64,000 bases of DNA. Source: an uncultured Coriobacteriaceae bacterium (GTDB lineage Bacteria; Actinomycetota; Coriobacteriia; Coriobacteriales; Atopobiaceae). Both the position numbers and the translations under genes were made by a program. The notes under the pieces were generated by a model that ran no database searches, had not been told where the DNA came from, and saw only the letters and a list, made by a program, of their open reading frames with translations. Positions 1 through 9,320 of this stretch are shown one piece after another (the stretch's first letter is position 1; each line of letters starts with the position of its first letter). Where the stretch lies: NCBI GenBank assembly GCA_902795065.1, contig CADBJR010000011.1:2090-66089 (forward strand), given 5' to 3'.

Positions 1-1233
1 TTCTCGCGGGCAGTCATCGCGATAGTCGCGCCGTCAGATGATGGTGCGTCGGGGCTGGCCTCTCTCGGAGCGCCGATCGGCATCTCGTTCTACACGATGA
101 TGGCGCTGTCCTACCTCGCCGATGTGTACCGCGAGACCATCCCCGCCGAGCACCACCTCGGCCGCCTGACGCTGTTCCTCTGCTTCTTCCCCCAGATCAT
201 GGAGGGCCCGATCTGCCGCTATGGACAGACCGCCTCGGCGCTCTACATCGGCGAGCCGCTCAAGCGTAGGAACCTGTACGAGGGTGCGCTGCGCATCCTC
301 TACGGCATGGCCAAGAAGATCGTTGTGGCAGACCGTCTGAACATCCTCGTCGAAACCGTGTTCGACGGCAAGGCCGATTACGACGGCGGCATCGTCGCGT
401 TCGCAGCCATCCTCTACACCGTACAGCTCTACTGCGATTTCTCGGGTGCCATGGATGTTGCCCTGGGCATGGGACATATCTTCAACGTGGAATTGCCCGA
501 GAACTTCAAGCAGCCCTTCTTCTCCAAGACGGCCTCCGAGTTCTGGCAGCGTTGGCACATCACGCTGGGCACCTGGTTCAAAGACTACGTGTACTATCCC
601 GTGTCGTTGTCGAAGGGCTGCAAGAAGGTCACCGCCGCAGCGCGCAAGGCGCTCGGGAACCGCTATGGGCCGCTGCTCGCGGGCGGTATCGCCCTGTTCT
701 GCGTGTGGTTCCTGAACGGGCTGTGGCACGGAGCCGGCTCGCAGTACCTGTTCTTCGGCATGTACTACTTCGCGATGATCTTCGCGGGGGGCTTCGTCGA
801 GCCCCTTGCGCAGAGCCTCTCCGAGCGCTATCGCATCGACCGCTCCTCCTTGCCCTACCGCATCTTCCGGACGGTCCGCACGCTCATCGTCGTATTCGTG
901 GGCGAGCTGTTCTTCCGAGCCCCTGGGCTTAGGCGCGGCGTCGAGTTGTTCTCCACGATGGTCAAGTCGTTCTCGCTGGCTTCGTTTGCGGACGGCACGT
1001 TCCTCACCCTCGGACTCGATGCGTACGACCTGGTCCTTGTCCTGATCGTGTTCGCAGGCGTGATCGCCGTGGACGTGGCGCGCGAGCGCGGCGTCTCCCT
1101 CTGCACGGAGCTGGGGGCGCGCCGCATCCCGCTGCGATGGACTGCGCTCGTCGCGCTCTTCCTCGTCGTCGTCATCTTCGGAGCATACGGACACGGCTAT
1201 GCGCCCGTGGACCCGCTCTACGCGCAGTTCTAA
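1..1233 (+). CDS. MBOAT-family membrane-bound O-acyltransferase (AlgI/DltB-like); 5' end lies outside the window
   Basis: Frame 1 is open from nt 1 (..GISFYTMMALSYLADVYRE..). FFPQIMEGPICRY, WQRWHITLGTWFKDYVYYP (conserved His) and many hydrophobic segments are MBOAT hallmarks. The listed ORF 97..1233 is only the part after the first Met. Confidence 0.85.
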   Translation, partial: FSRAVIAIVAPSDDGASGLASLGAPIGISFYTMMALSYLADVYRETIPAEHHLGRLTLFLCFFPQIMEGPICRYGQTASALYIGEPLKRRNLYEGALRILYGMAKKIVVADRLNILVETVFDGKADYDGGIVAFAAILYTVQLYCDFSGAMDVALGMGHIFNVELPENFKQPFFSKTASEFWQRWHITLGTWFKDYVYYPVSLSKGCKKVTAAARKALGNRYGPLLAGGIALFCVWFLNGLWHGAGSQYLFFGMYYFAMIFAGGFVEPLAQSLSERYRIDRSSLPYRIFRTVRTLIVVFVGELFFRAPGLRRGVELFSTMVKSFSLASFADGTFLTLGLDAYDLVLVLIVFAGVIAVDVARERGVSLCTELGARRIPLRWTALVALFLVVVIFGAYGHGYAPVDPLYAQF

Positions 1234-1243
1234 GGAGGCGGGC

Positions 1244-2215
1244 ATGGAATCGAGGAGCGAGGCCCTCAAAACGATCGGCAGCGTATGTGCACTCGTAGTC
1301 ATCTCGCTGCTTCTGCTTCTGGGCCTCTCCCCGCTTTTCCAACCCAAGGACACCTCCAAGGAGGCGGGCATGATCGACGCCTCCGCTAACGCCATCATGG
1401 CGGAGCCCGCAGGTACCATCGACGTGCTCTTCATCGGTGACAGCGAGGCGTACTCCTCCATCTCCCCCTTGCAGCTCTGGGGCGAGCACGGAATAACCTC
1501 GTATGTCTGCTCATCAGCGGGCACGCGCCTTCCCTACGCGAACCAGCTGCTCCGGCGTGCGACGCAGAACCAGCAGCCCCGTGTGGTCGTCATCGAGACC
1601 AACATGTTCTTCACGCTATTCTCTATCGACGACCTCGTGACCAAAGAGCTCGAGGGGCTGCTCCCCATCGTCAGGTTCCACGACCGCTGGAAGAGCTTCA
1701 CGTCGGAAAACCCGTTCGGGGCTTCCGCGTACACGTGGACCGACGACCTGAAGGGATTCCGGATCAACGCTACGGTCTGCAATAAGCCTGGACCCGGCAG
1801 CGTCAGAGACCCGAGAGTCCGCTCCCTCCAGGTTACGTCAAGGGGAATGCTGTATCTGTCGCAGATGGTCGACTACTGCCGTTCCATCGGCGCGACGCCC
1901 GTGCTCATGAGCACGCCGACGTCCCTCAACTGGAATCCCGAGCGCCAGGCATCGATACAAGCAGCTGCCGACGAGCTGGGCGTGGAGTTCATCGACCTCA
2001 ACACCGAACCGTACAAGGTAGACATCAACTGGGACGAGGATACGCTCGACGGCGGAGACCACCTCAACCTGTCGGGCGCCCAGAAAGCCACCGCGCGCAT
2101 CGGGGAATGGCTCTCGTCGACCTTCGAACTCGAAGACCACCGCGGCGATGCATCCTATCAGCGGTGGCAGACCCTCTACGAGAGTTATCAAGCCAAGCTG
2201 GAAGATCTCGGCTAG
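1244..2215 (+). CDS. SGNH/GDSL-like hydrolase-fold protein with N-terminal membrane anchor, probable partner of the MBOAT acyltransferase
   Basis: ATG 1244 follows AAGGAGG (1232-1238). N-terminal TM helix (ALVVISLLLLLGLSPLF), FIGDSEAY (GDS block) and GGDHLN (Dxx-H block). Immediately downstream of the MBOAT gene, the usual pairing for polymer O-acylation systems. Confidence 0.6.
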   Translation: MESRSEALKTIGSVCALVVISLLLLLGLSPLFQPKDTSKEAGMIDASANAIMAEPAGTIDVLFIGDSEAYSSISPLQLWGEHGITSYVCSSAGTRLPYANQLLRRATQNQQPRVVVIETNMFFTLFSIDDLVTKELEGLLPIVRFHDRWKSFTSENPFGASAYTWTDDLKGFRINATVCNKPGPGSVRDPRVRSLQVTSRGMLYLSQMVDYCRSIGATPVLMSTPTSLNWNPERQASIQAAADELGVEFIDLNTEPYKVDINWDEDTLDGGDHLNLSGAQKATARIGEWLSSTFELEDHRGDASYQRWQTLYESYQAKLEDLG

Positions 2216-2239
2216 TGCGTAGAAAGCAGCCGACGGGCG

Positions 2240-3208
2240 CTACCGCTCGACGTAGGAGCAGATGAGCTCCATCTCGCCCGAGAAACGCAGCGTGCCGGCG
2301 CCTGAGAGCGCGATGAAATGCGCGCCCTTGGCGAGAGGGCGCGCCTCCCCCTCCAGCTCGACGGCTCCCGCACCGTCGACAACGCTCACGCAAAGGTAAT
2401 CCCAGCGCTGGTCGATGGCGATCGGCGCGCCCTCGTGAACGCGGACGCGCAGCACGTCGAAGCTGTCGTTGTGGAGCAGGTGGGTGATGCCGTCGACCTC
2501 CGGGGTGCGGATCGCACCATCGGCAGGGGGTTCGGCGCTGTAATCGACCACGTCGGCGGACTGCCGGATGTGCAGGTCGCGCGCGTTGCCTGCGGCGTCA
2601 ACGCGGTCGAAGTCGTACACGCGGTAGGTCACGTCGCTCGACTGCTGGGTCTCGAGGATGAGCGTGCCCGCAAGGATGGCGTGCACGGTGCCGGGCTCCA
2701 CGGGGAAGAAGTCGCCTGCGCGGATCGGGACCTCGTTCAGCAGGCTGTCCCAGCGGCCTTCGCGCACCATCTGCAGGAACTCCGCACGGTCGTGCGCATG
2801 CTGGCCCACGATGATCTGGGCGCCTTCGTCTGCATCGAGCACGTACCAGCACTCGCGCTTGCCCAAGCTGCCGTCCTCGTGCTCCGCCGCATAGGCATCG
2901 TCGGGATGCACCTGGACGGAGAGGTTGTCGCATGCGTCGAGGATCTTCACGAGCAAGGGAAAGCGATCGCCGGGGGCGCTGCCGAACAGCTCGCGGTGCG
3001 TATCCCAAAGCTCGGAGAGCGTCGTCCCCGCGAACGGGCCCTCGGCCACGCGGCAGTCGCCGTGGGGATGGGCGGAGATGGCCCAGCACTCCCCTATCGG
3101 CCCGTCGGGAATCTCATAGCCGAACTCGGTCTCGAGCTTGCGGCCGCCCCAGATCTTCTCGACGAAGACGGGGTCGAGGAAGAGCAGCTTGCTGGAGGAG
3201 GTGCCCAC
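2240..3208 (-). CDS. manA: Mannose-6-phosphate isomerase, class I
   Basis: LFLDPVFVEKIWGGRKL, GECWAISAHPHGD, LSVQVHPDD, ECWYVL and GTVHAI are typical type I PMI cupin motifs. Lies 9 nt downstream of the aminopeptidase gene on the same strand. Confidence 0.85.
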   Translation of the reverse strand: MGTSSSKLLFLDPVFVEKIWGGRKLETEFGYEIPDGPIGECWAISAHPHGDCRVAEGPFAGTTLSELWDTHRELFGSAPGDRFPLLVKILDACDNLSVQVHPDDAYAAEHEDGSLGKRECWYVLDADEGAQIIVGQHAHDRAEFLQMVREGRWDSLLNEVPIRAGDFFPVEPGTVHAILAGTLILETQQSSDVTYRVYDFDRVDAAGNARDLHIRQSADVVDYSAEPPADGAIRTPEVDGITHLLHNDSFDVLRVRVHEGAPIAIDQRWDYLCVSVVDGAGAVELEGEARPLAKGAHFIALSGAGTLRFSGEMELICSYVER

Positions 3209-3217
3209 GGTCCGTCC

Positions 3218-4495
3218 CTACTCCCAGGCCCACTGGCCGTTGACGAAGAACCTCGTCTCGGTGCCGTCGGCGGCGATACCCACGATGTTGAGGTCGTCGG
3301 ATCCGATCATGAAGTCGACGTGCACGGCGCTCTGGTTGACGCCGTGCGCCATGATCTCGTCCTTGCTCATGTCGAGGCCTCCCTGCAGGCATTCGGGGAA
3401 GCCCGTGCCCAGCGCCAGGTGGCAGCTCGCGTTCTCGTCGTAGAGCGTGTTGAAGAACAGGATCCCGCTCTGGCGGATGGGCGTGTTCTTGGAGATGAGG
3501 GCGCACTCGCCCAGGCGGACCGCGTTCTCATCGCGCTCGACGATGGACTTGAGCACGTCGACGCCCTGTGCCGCTCCGTAATCGACCACGGCGCCGCCCT
3601 CGAAGCGGAACCAGAAGTCGCGGACCACCTGGCCGGCGTGCACGAGGGGCATCGCGGAGTGCACGATGCCGTCGACGCGCATGCGGTCCGGCGAGGTGAA
3701 GACCTCCTCGGTGGGCATGTTGGGGAAGAACACCGTGCCATCGACCGTGCGGGCGGAGCCGCCCTCCCAGATATGGCCCTTGTTCATGCCCACGGTGAGG
3801 TCGGTGCCATTGGACGAGGAGTAGTGGATGGCGTCGAAGCAATGCTCGTTCATGAAGCGCTTGATCTTCTCGAAGGATGCGTTGTGCGTCTCCCAATCGC
3901 TTTCGGGGTCCTCGCCGTCGGCGCGCGCGGTGGAGAGGATCGCGAGCCACAGACGATAGACCGCCTCGGCCTCGGAGAGCTCGGGGAAGATGGTGGTCGC
4001 CCACTTGGCCACGGGAACGCCGACGATGCACCAGACGTTCAGACCGAACTCCATGCCCTTCCGGTAGGTGTCGCACTGCGTGTTGATGGTGCGGGCGCGC
4101 ACGACGGGCTTCATGGGGTCGATGCCCTTGAGCTTCATGGGGTCCTCGCCCTCAAGGCGCAGGAACGCCGCGCCCGACTCGGCGAGCGAGTTGAGCTGGA
4201 TGCGCTTCCACTCGGGAACGCTCTCGAAGAACTCGAGGTCGTTGTGCTCGAAGGTGAGGCGCGTGATCTCGTCGTCATCCCAGATCACGGTCACGGGACC
4301 GGAACCCGATTCGTATGCGGCGCGCACGACACGGCGCATGAAGTCGGCGCGCTCGATGGGACCGGTCACGACCAGCTGCTGCCCCGGTTTGATGGCGCAG
4401 CCCTTGCGCACGATCAGGGCTGCATAGCGGTCGAGCTGCGGGGAGAGGGCCTCGGTTGCGATGCGGCACTCCTCGTCGGTCATGGGAACGGTCAT
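3218..4495 (-). CDS. M29-family aminopeptidase (PepS/AmpS/aminopeptidase T-like)
   Basis: Start placed at ATG 4495 (GGAAGG RBS just upstream). The longer ORF to 4591 would run into tRNA-Gly. NGTDLTV, NMPTEEVFTSPD and YDENASCHLALG resemble M29 aminopeptidases. Confidence 0.8.
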   Translation of the reverse strand: MTVPMTDEECRIATEALSPQLDRYAALIVRKGCAIKPGQQLVVTGPIERADFMRRVVRAAYESGSGPVTVIWDDDEITRLTFEHNDLEFFESVPEWKRIQLNSLAESGAAFLRLEGEDPMKLKGIDPMKPVVRARTINTQCDTYRKGMEFGLNVWCIVGVPVAKWATTIFPELSEAEAVYRLWLAILSTARADGEDPESDWETHNASFEKIKRFMNEHCFDAIHYSSSNGTDLTVGMNKGHIWEGGSARTVDGTVFFPNMPTEEVFTSPDRMRVDGIVHSAMPLVHAGQVVRDFWFRFEGGAVVDYGAAQGVDVLKSIVERDENAVRLGECALISKNTPIRQSGILFFNTLYDENASCHLALGTGFPECLQGGLDMSKDEIMAHGVNQSAVHVDFMIGSDDLNIVGIAADGTETRFFVNGQWAWE

Positions 4496-4579
4496 GGCGG
4501 TCCTTCCATCGGGGCGGGTCATCCCCGCCGGTCCTATGCGTTTCAGAAGAAAAGGCCCCGCGAGGGGGCCGGGAAGTCC

Positions 4580-4654
4580 TGGAGCGGGCAACGGGATTCG
4601 AACCCGCGAATACCAGCTTGGGAAGCTGGGGCCTTACCACTTGGCGATGCCCGC
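4580..4654 (-). tRNA. tRNA-Gly (anticodon CCC)
   Basis: Reverse complement GCGGGCATCGCCAAGTGGTAAGGCCCCAGCTTCCCAAGCTGGTATTCGCGGGTTCGAATCCCGTTGCCCGCTCCA folds as a cloverleaf. Anticodon arm CCAGC/TTCCCAA/GCTGG, T-loop GGTTCGAATCC, encoded CCA. Confidence 0.9.
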
Positions 4655-4664
4655 ACGTGTGGAG

Positions 4665-4673
4665 ATTCTATCA
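4665..4673 (-). promoter_or_regulatory. Putative extended -10 promoter element (TGaTAGAAT) for tRNA-Gly
   Basis: Minus-strand TGATAGAAT ends about 10 nt upstream of the mature tRNA 5' end. No clear -35. Confidence 0.35.
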
Positions 4674-5051
4674 TAACCGCTCCTGCGCCGAAAATCGATG
4701 TCCCGGCCAAACGGGATGTTTCGACACATTCCCTCCGCTGGCAGACGGGGTGCTGCCCGCGCACGCTGAAAGCTAGCCGACAGGCAGGTGATAGGCACGG
4801 GTAAACCACCCGCAAGCGCCGTTTCCTAGCATGTCCGCACCATTCGACGGATTTGGAGGTGCGCGATGCGCGAGACGGCAATTCCCATCCCAAGTCTCCC
4901 GAGCAGGGAGGCACCCAAGCAGCCCACGGCCACGGCGGTCTGGTCCCCGCCCCCGCGTTGCCGGCTCTTCGGCGGCGACCCGTTGCGGGGCGGGGAACCG
5001 TTCGGCATCGGCCATGCGGGCCTGGCCCTGCACCAACATCGGCTTCTGCAG

Positions 5052-8000
5052 ATGGTGCTGGCGATCATCGCATCGCTCTTCGTTCTGACCACCTGCGCGC
5101 AACCGGCGTATGCCGCCACGGTGATCACCTTCTCGAACGGGGGAACCGCGACGCTCAACGATGACGGCTCCATCGATGGCACCTGCCAATCGCAGCGCAG
5201 CACCGATTTCGCGCTCTACCGCGACGGCGACCCGAACGACCCGGGCCCGAGCGTCCCAACGCCCTTCTATGTCACCATGCCGGACGGCCAGCGTATCACG
5301 GCGTACTGCCAGGATGGCGAGAACTTCGCCCCACGCGATGGCAGCATCCCGTTCACCGCCTACCCACACGACGGAAGCTACACCGTGTGGATCTGGGGAA
5401 ACCGCGTCGATGCGAACGCGGGCGAGGTGGCGGCATGGGCGGCAGCCGGACGCAGCCTCTACTATCCTGCCCAGCGCCTGTATTCGTCCTATTGGAAGCC
5501 GTCGATCCAGGGCGACATCACCCTCTCGAAGTCCAGCACCGACACCGTGCTGTCATCCGACAATTCGAGCTACAGCCTCGCGGGCGCCGTCTACGGCATC
5601 TTCTCCGACAGCGGCTGCGCCCACGAGGTAGGACGTATCACGACCGACGCGTCCGGCCGCGCGAGGTCGGGCAAGCTCGATGCGGGGGCCTATTGGGTGA
5701 GGGAGCTCGCTCCGAGCCCCGGCTTCGCCCTCGACGAGACCGTTCACAGGCTGGAGGTCTCCTCCGGCACGACCACGAACCTCGGCGTCGATGAGGAGCC
5801 GCAACGCCATCCCATCGCGCTCCTTCTCACCAAGGTGGACGCCGATCTCCACGAACCTGCGCCCCAAGGAGAAGCCTCGCTTGCAGGTGCGCGGTTCCTC
5901 GTGCGGCTGTACGGCAACGCCGACGGAGACGTGACGGGAACACCGCTGCGCACCTGGCTCTTCGAGACCGACGATGACGGCAAGATCGTCATGGACGAGG
6001 ACCATCTTGTGTCGGGTGATGATTTTTTCCTCGACGGATCGGGGGCGATCGTGCTTCCGCTCGGGACGCTCTCGATCCAGGAGCTGACCGCGCCGGCAAC
6101 GTACTACCTCGAGGGAGCGGACACCTCCTCGGACACGCCGTCCGACGCGCCGCTGCACGTCTGCTCGATTCTCTCTGACGGTACGGCTGCCGAGGTATCC
6201 GGATACGAGCCGGTCGTCGTCGAAGAGCAGGTCAAGCGCGGAGGCGTTTCGCTCGACAAGGATGACGACGCCACCGTTTCGCACCAAGGTGACGCCCACC
6301 TCGACGGCACCGTGTTCGAGGTCATCAACCGATCGGCGAACGATGTCGTGGTAAGCGGAACGCGCTTCGCGCCGGGCAACGTCGTGACCACGCTCGTAAC
6401 GGACCGTTCGGGCCATGCTGCCACCGCATCCGATCTGCTTCCCATCGGAACCTACGAGGTTCGAGAGGCTCAGCCCGGCGCAGGGTATCTCGACACGTCC
6501 GAGCCCCAGCTGATCACCATCGAGGCGTCTGGAACGGTCGTCGGGGTCGCATCGCCCTTCACCGACACCGTCATCCGCGGTGGCCTCCGCATCGGCAAGG
6601 TCGATGCCGAGACCGGAGACGGGGTGCCCCAGGGAGCTGCCGCACTGGGCGGGGCGCGCTTCGGCGTGTGGTCGTGCTCCGAAGCCCCCGTCCTCGTGGG
6701 CGGCGCACTCTACAGCCCGGGCTCGCTCGTCTGCACGCTCGTCACCGATGCCGGCGGCACGGCGGAGCTGGCAGCGAGCACCCTCCCCTATGGCACATAC
6801 GAGGTCCGCGAGATCGAGGCGCCCGAAGGCTATCTGGTGAACGAAGGCTGGTCGCAGAGCATATCCATCCGCGAGGACGGGGTCGTGGTAGACATCTCGG
6901 AGCCCGAAAATGCCGCTCCCGACCAGGTGAAGCGCGGCGGACTGACCTTCAACAAGGCGGCTGAGGAGACCATGGCGGGGATGCCGGGCGTCCCGTTCCT
7001 CGTGACCGCACTCGACGACCCGGATGGCGACGGCGTGTTCGAGCAGCACATCATCGTGACCGATGCCAACGGAGTCTTCGATTCCGAGTTCCCCGTCCAT
7101 TCTTCTGCGACCAATGCGAGCGACGCCGCCTACGACTCCGAGACGGGGGCGGTCGACGAGACGCTCCTCGATCCAAGCGCGGGCGTCTGGTTCAGCGGCA
7201 GGACCGACGTCGCCACCGAACCCGATGATGCACGCGGCGCCCTCCCCTACGGCAGCTATGCGGTGGAGGAGCTCGCATGCTCGGCCAACGCCGGCCGCAA
7301 GCTCGTGGAGTTCACCGTGTCCATCATGCACGACGGCAGAACCGTCGACCGCGGCACCATCGATGACAAGCCTGGTCCGCGCATCGCGACGGAGCTCGTA
7401 TCGGAGGCCGGCAAGGTCGTCCCCGCCTCGGGAGGTCCCACCGTCCTCACCGACCGCATCCATTTCGCGAACCTCGACGCAGGCGAGACCTATCGGATCT
7501 CAGGCGGGCTCGTCGACGGAAGGAGCGGGGAGCCGCTCGGCATCACCGCAGACCGCACGTTCACCGCATATGCGGAGTCAGGCACGGTCGAGCTCGAGTT
7601 CCCCGTCGATCCCGAAGTCCTCTCGACCGATACGATCGTTGCCTTCGAGGAGCTGTGGTTCGGGGACGAGCTCATCGCCACGCATGAGGAGCTCGACGAT
7701 GCCGGTCAGACGGTGTTTGTGCCCTCCATCAGCACGACGCTCGCCGATTCCGAGGGCTCTTCGGTGGTGAGCTCTGCGAACGAGATGGTTTCGCTTGTAG
7801 ATACCGTCTCCTTCCGTGGGCTCTGGCCCGGTGAGAGCTACCGCGTCGAGGGCTCGCTCCACGACCGTGAGACCGGAGAGGCGCTCGGCGTGACCGCCGC
7901 CACCGGATTCGTAGCGGAAAGCTCCGAGGGGTCGGTCGAGGTCGCCTTCGAGGTTCCGTCGGACCTGCTCGCAGGCAAGACCGTCGTCTGCTTCGAGACG

Positions 8001-9311
8001 CTCGCTCGCGAAGGCAACGTGCTCGCCGTCCACGCCGATCTCGAGGACGTGGCGCAGACCGTGACGGTTCCCGCCATCGGAACCACGCTCACCGATAGCT
8101 CTGGCTCTCATGAGGCGGCAGCCGATGGGAGTGGCATCGCCCTCGTCGACACGGTCCTCTACCAGGGGCTCGTTCCCGGCGCCGAGCACCGTCTCGTGGG
8201 CACGCTCGTCGATAAGGCCGATGGCTCGGAGCTTGCCGTCGAGGAGCTGTGCTTCGTTCCCGACGAGTCGGCTGGGACGGTCAAGGTCGCATTCAACGTC
8301 GATTCCGTGCTCGTCTCGGGTCGATCCGTCGTCGCATTCGAGGAACTCTATTGCGGCGATACGCTCGTCGCACGACATGCGGACATCGACGACGAGGGAC
8401 AGACCGTCCGCTTTCCCGAGCTGAGGACCTCCCTCGCGGATGCAGATGGGAATACCGGGCTCATCCCGTCCACCGACCCGCTCGTCCTCATCGACATGAT
8501 CGCGTATCGCGGTCTTACCCCGGGCAGCACCTACCTGCTGACAGGATCGCTCGTAGACAAGGACGGCGGTGCTGCGCTCGGTCTGGAAGAGCAGGCGGAA
8601 TTCGTCCCCGAGTCGGAGGATGGCTCTGCAGAGGTCGTGTTCGTGTGCGACGGAACGCTTGTCTCAGGTAAGGACATCGTAGCGTTCGAGACGCTCTCGC
8701 ACGAGGGGAAGGACATCGTCGTCCACGCCGATCCCGAGGACGCCGCCCAGACCGTGTCGATTTCCGCGCTCAGAACGCGGCTTGCCGAGAAGCACGGCGG
8801 GCGGAAGGCGGTCGAGAAGGGGCGTTTCGTGCTCGAGGACACCGTTTCCTATGCGAATCTTGCAGCAGGAAGGCGATACACCGTGACGGGTCGGCTCATG
8901 GATGCCCGAACCGGCGAGCCGTTCCTCGATGCGGGCGGAAAACAGGTGTGCGCAGAGACGACGTTCGAGGCAGAAGCATCGGACGGCACCTGCAGCGTCG
9001 TTTTCACGGTCGACGCATCCGCCATCACCGCAGATACGCAACTAGTTGCTTTTGAATCTCTGGCGAACGACGACGGTATGGTCCTCGCTTGCCATGAGGA
9101 TCTCGGAGACGCGGACCAATCCGTCTCGGTCTGCATACCGAAGGCATCCGAACGCGCACCCGTTCCGCGGACCGGAGACGGAAACGATTCGGCTACGCTG
9201 CGCCTCGCAGCAGCAAGCGGTGCCGCGATCGCAGCTGCAGCAACGCTCGTGAGCATCCGTACGAGCGCTCCCCTGCGCAGGCGCGCACATAAACGCCACG
9301 ATGGGCGCTAG
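5052..9311 (+). CDS. Cell-wall-anchored adhesin: signal peptide, about 5 SpaA/Cna-B-like (prealbumin-fold) domains, 5 VaFE/ester-bond repeat domains, LPXTG-like VPRTG sorting signal
   Basis: MVLAIIASLFVLTTCAQPAYA signal-like start at ATG 5052. The ORF is open from 4866, so the true start is uncertain. Repeated G(A/T)xYxVxE(x)xAPxGY modules. Five units end in (V/I)VAFE..HxDxxDxxQ(T/S)V. C-terminus is VPRTGDG + hydrophobic stretch + RRRAHKRHDGR. Confidence 0.85.
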   Translation: MVLAIIASLFVLTTCAQPAYAATVITFSNGGTATLNDDGSIDGTCQSQRSTDFALYRDGDPNDPGPSVPTPFYVTMPDGQRITAYCQDGENFAPRDGSIPFTAYPHDGSYTVWIWGNRVDANAGEVAAWAAAGRSLYYPAQRLYSSYWKPSIQGDITLSKSSTDTVLSSDNSSYSLAGAVYGIFSDSGCAHEVGRITTDASGRARSGKLDAGAYWVRELAPSPGFALDETVHRLEVSSGTTTNLGVDEEPQRHPIALLLTKVDADLHEPAPQGEASLAGARFLVRLYGNADGDVTGTPLRTWLFETDDDGKIVMDEDHLVSGDDFFLDGSGAIVLPLGTLSIQELTAPATYYLEGADTSSDTPSDAPLHVCSILSDGTAAEVSGYEPVVVEEQVKRGGVSLDKDDDATVSHQGDAHLDGTVFEVINRSANDVVVSGTRFAPGNVVTTLVTDRSGHAATASDLLPIGTYEVREAQPGAGYLDTSEPQLITIEASGTVVGVASPFTDTVIRGGLRIGKVDAETGDGVPQGAAALGGARFGVWSCSEAPVLVGGALYSPGSLVCTLVTDAGGTAELAASTLPYGTYEVREIEAPEGYLVNEGWSQSISIREDGVVVDISEPENAAPDQVKRGGLTFNKAAEETMAGMPGVPFLVTALDDPDGDGVFEQHIIVTDANGVFDSEFPVHSSATNASDAAYDSETGAVDETLLDPSAGVWFSGRTDVATEPDDARGALPYGSYAVEELACSANAGRKLVEFTVSIMHDGRTVDRGTIDDKPGPRIATELVSEAGKVVPASGGPTVLTDRIHFANLDAGETYRISGGLVDGRSGEPLGITADRTFTAYAESGTVELEFPVDPEVLSTDTIVAFEELWFGDELIATHEELDDAGQTVFVPSISTTLADSEGSSVVSSANEMVSLVDTVSFRGLWPGESYRVEGSLHDRETGEALGVTAATGFVAESSEGSVEVAFEVPSDLLAGKTVVCFETLAREGNVLAVHADLEDVAQTVTVPAIGTTLTDSSGSHEAAADGSGIALVDTVLYQGLVPGAEHRLVGTLVDKADGSELAVEELCFVPDESAGTVKVAFNVDSVLVSGRSVVAFEELYCGDTLVARHADIDDEGQTVRFPELRTSLADADGNTGLIPSTDPLVLIDMIAYRGLTPGSTYLLTGSLVDKDGGAALGLEEQAEFVPESEDGSAEVVFVCDGTLVSGKDIVAFETLSHEGKDIVVHADPEDAAQTVSISALRTRLAEKHGGRKAVEKGRFVLEDTVSYANLAAGRRYTVTGRLMDARTGEPFLDAGGKQVCAETTFEAEASDGTCSVVFTVDASAITADTQLVAFESLANDDGMVLACHEDLGDADQSVSVCIPKASERAPVPRTGDGNDSATLRLAAASGAAIAAAATLVSIRTSAPLRRRAHKRHDGR
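7371..9132 (+). repeat. Five tandem domain repeats of about 115 aa (VaFE-type, putative Thr-Gln ester-bond domains) inside the adhesin gene
   Basis: Units end with HEELDDAGQTV, HADLEDVAQTV, HADIDDEGQTV, HADPEDAAQTV and HEDLGDADQSV. Each is preceded by xVAFE(E/T/S)L and starts with a (S/T)T(L)xD segment. Confidence 0.7.
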
Positions 9312-9320
9312 GAGAGGACT

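Noticed and set aside
2318-4804. 828-aa plus-strand ORF spanning manA, the aminopeptidase and tRNA-Gly
   Set aside because: It is antisense to two well-supported genes and runs across a tRNA. The composition is typical of shadow ORFs. The same reasoning applies to 34..1524 (-), 12256..13413 (-), 14371..16161 (+), 26102..27478 (-), 45599..47095 (-) and similar.
4866-5051. ATG 4866 as start of the VaFE adhesin
   Set aside because: The first 62 codons (MRETAIPIPSLPSREAPKQP..) have no signal-peptide character, and the only hydrophobic export-like segment begins at Met 5052. This is not fully excluded; an unannotated non-ATG start between the two is possible.
5100-5520. Thioester (TED) domain at the adhesin N-terminus, suggested by ..ITAYCQDGENF..
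   Set aside because: A Cys-Gln thioester domain also needs the TQxA(I/V)W-type Gln motif. I could not find one in the N-terminal domain, so the call is unsupported without a profile search.
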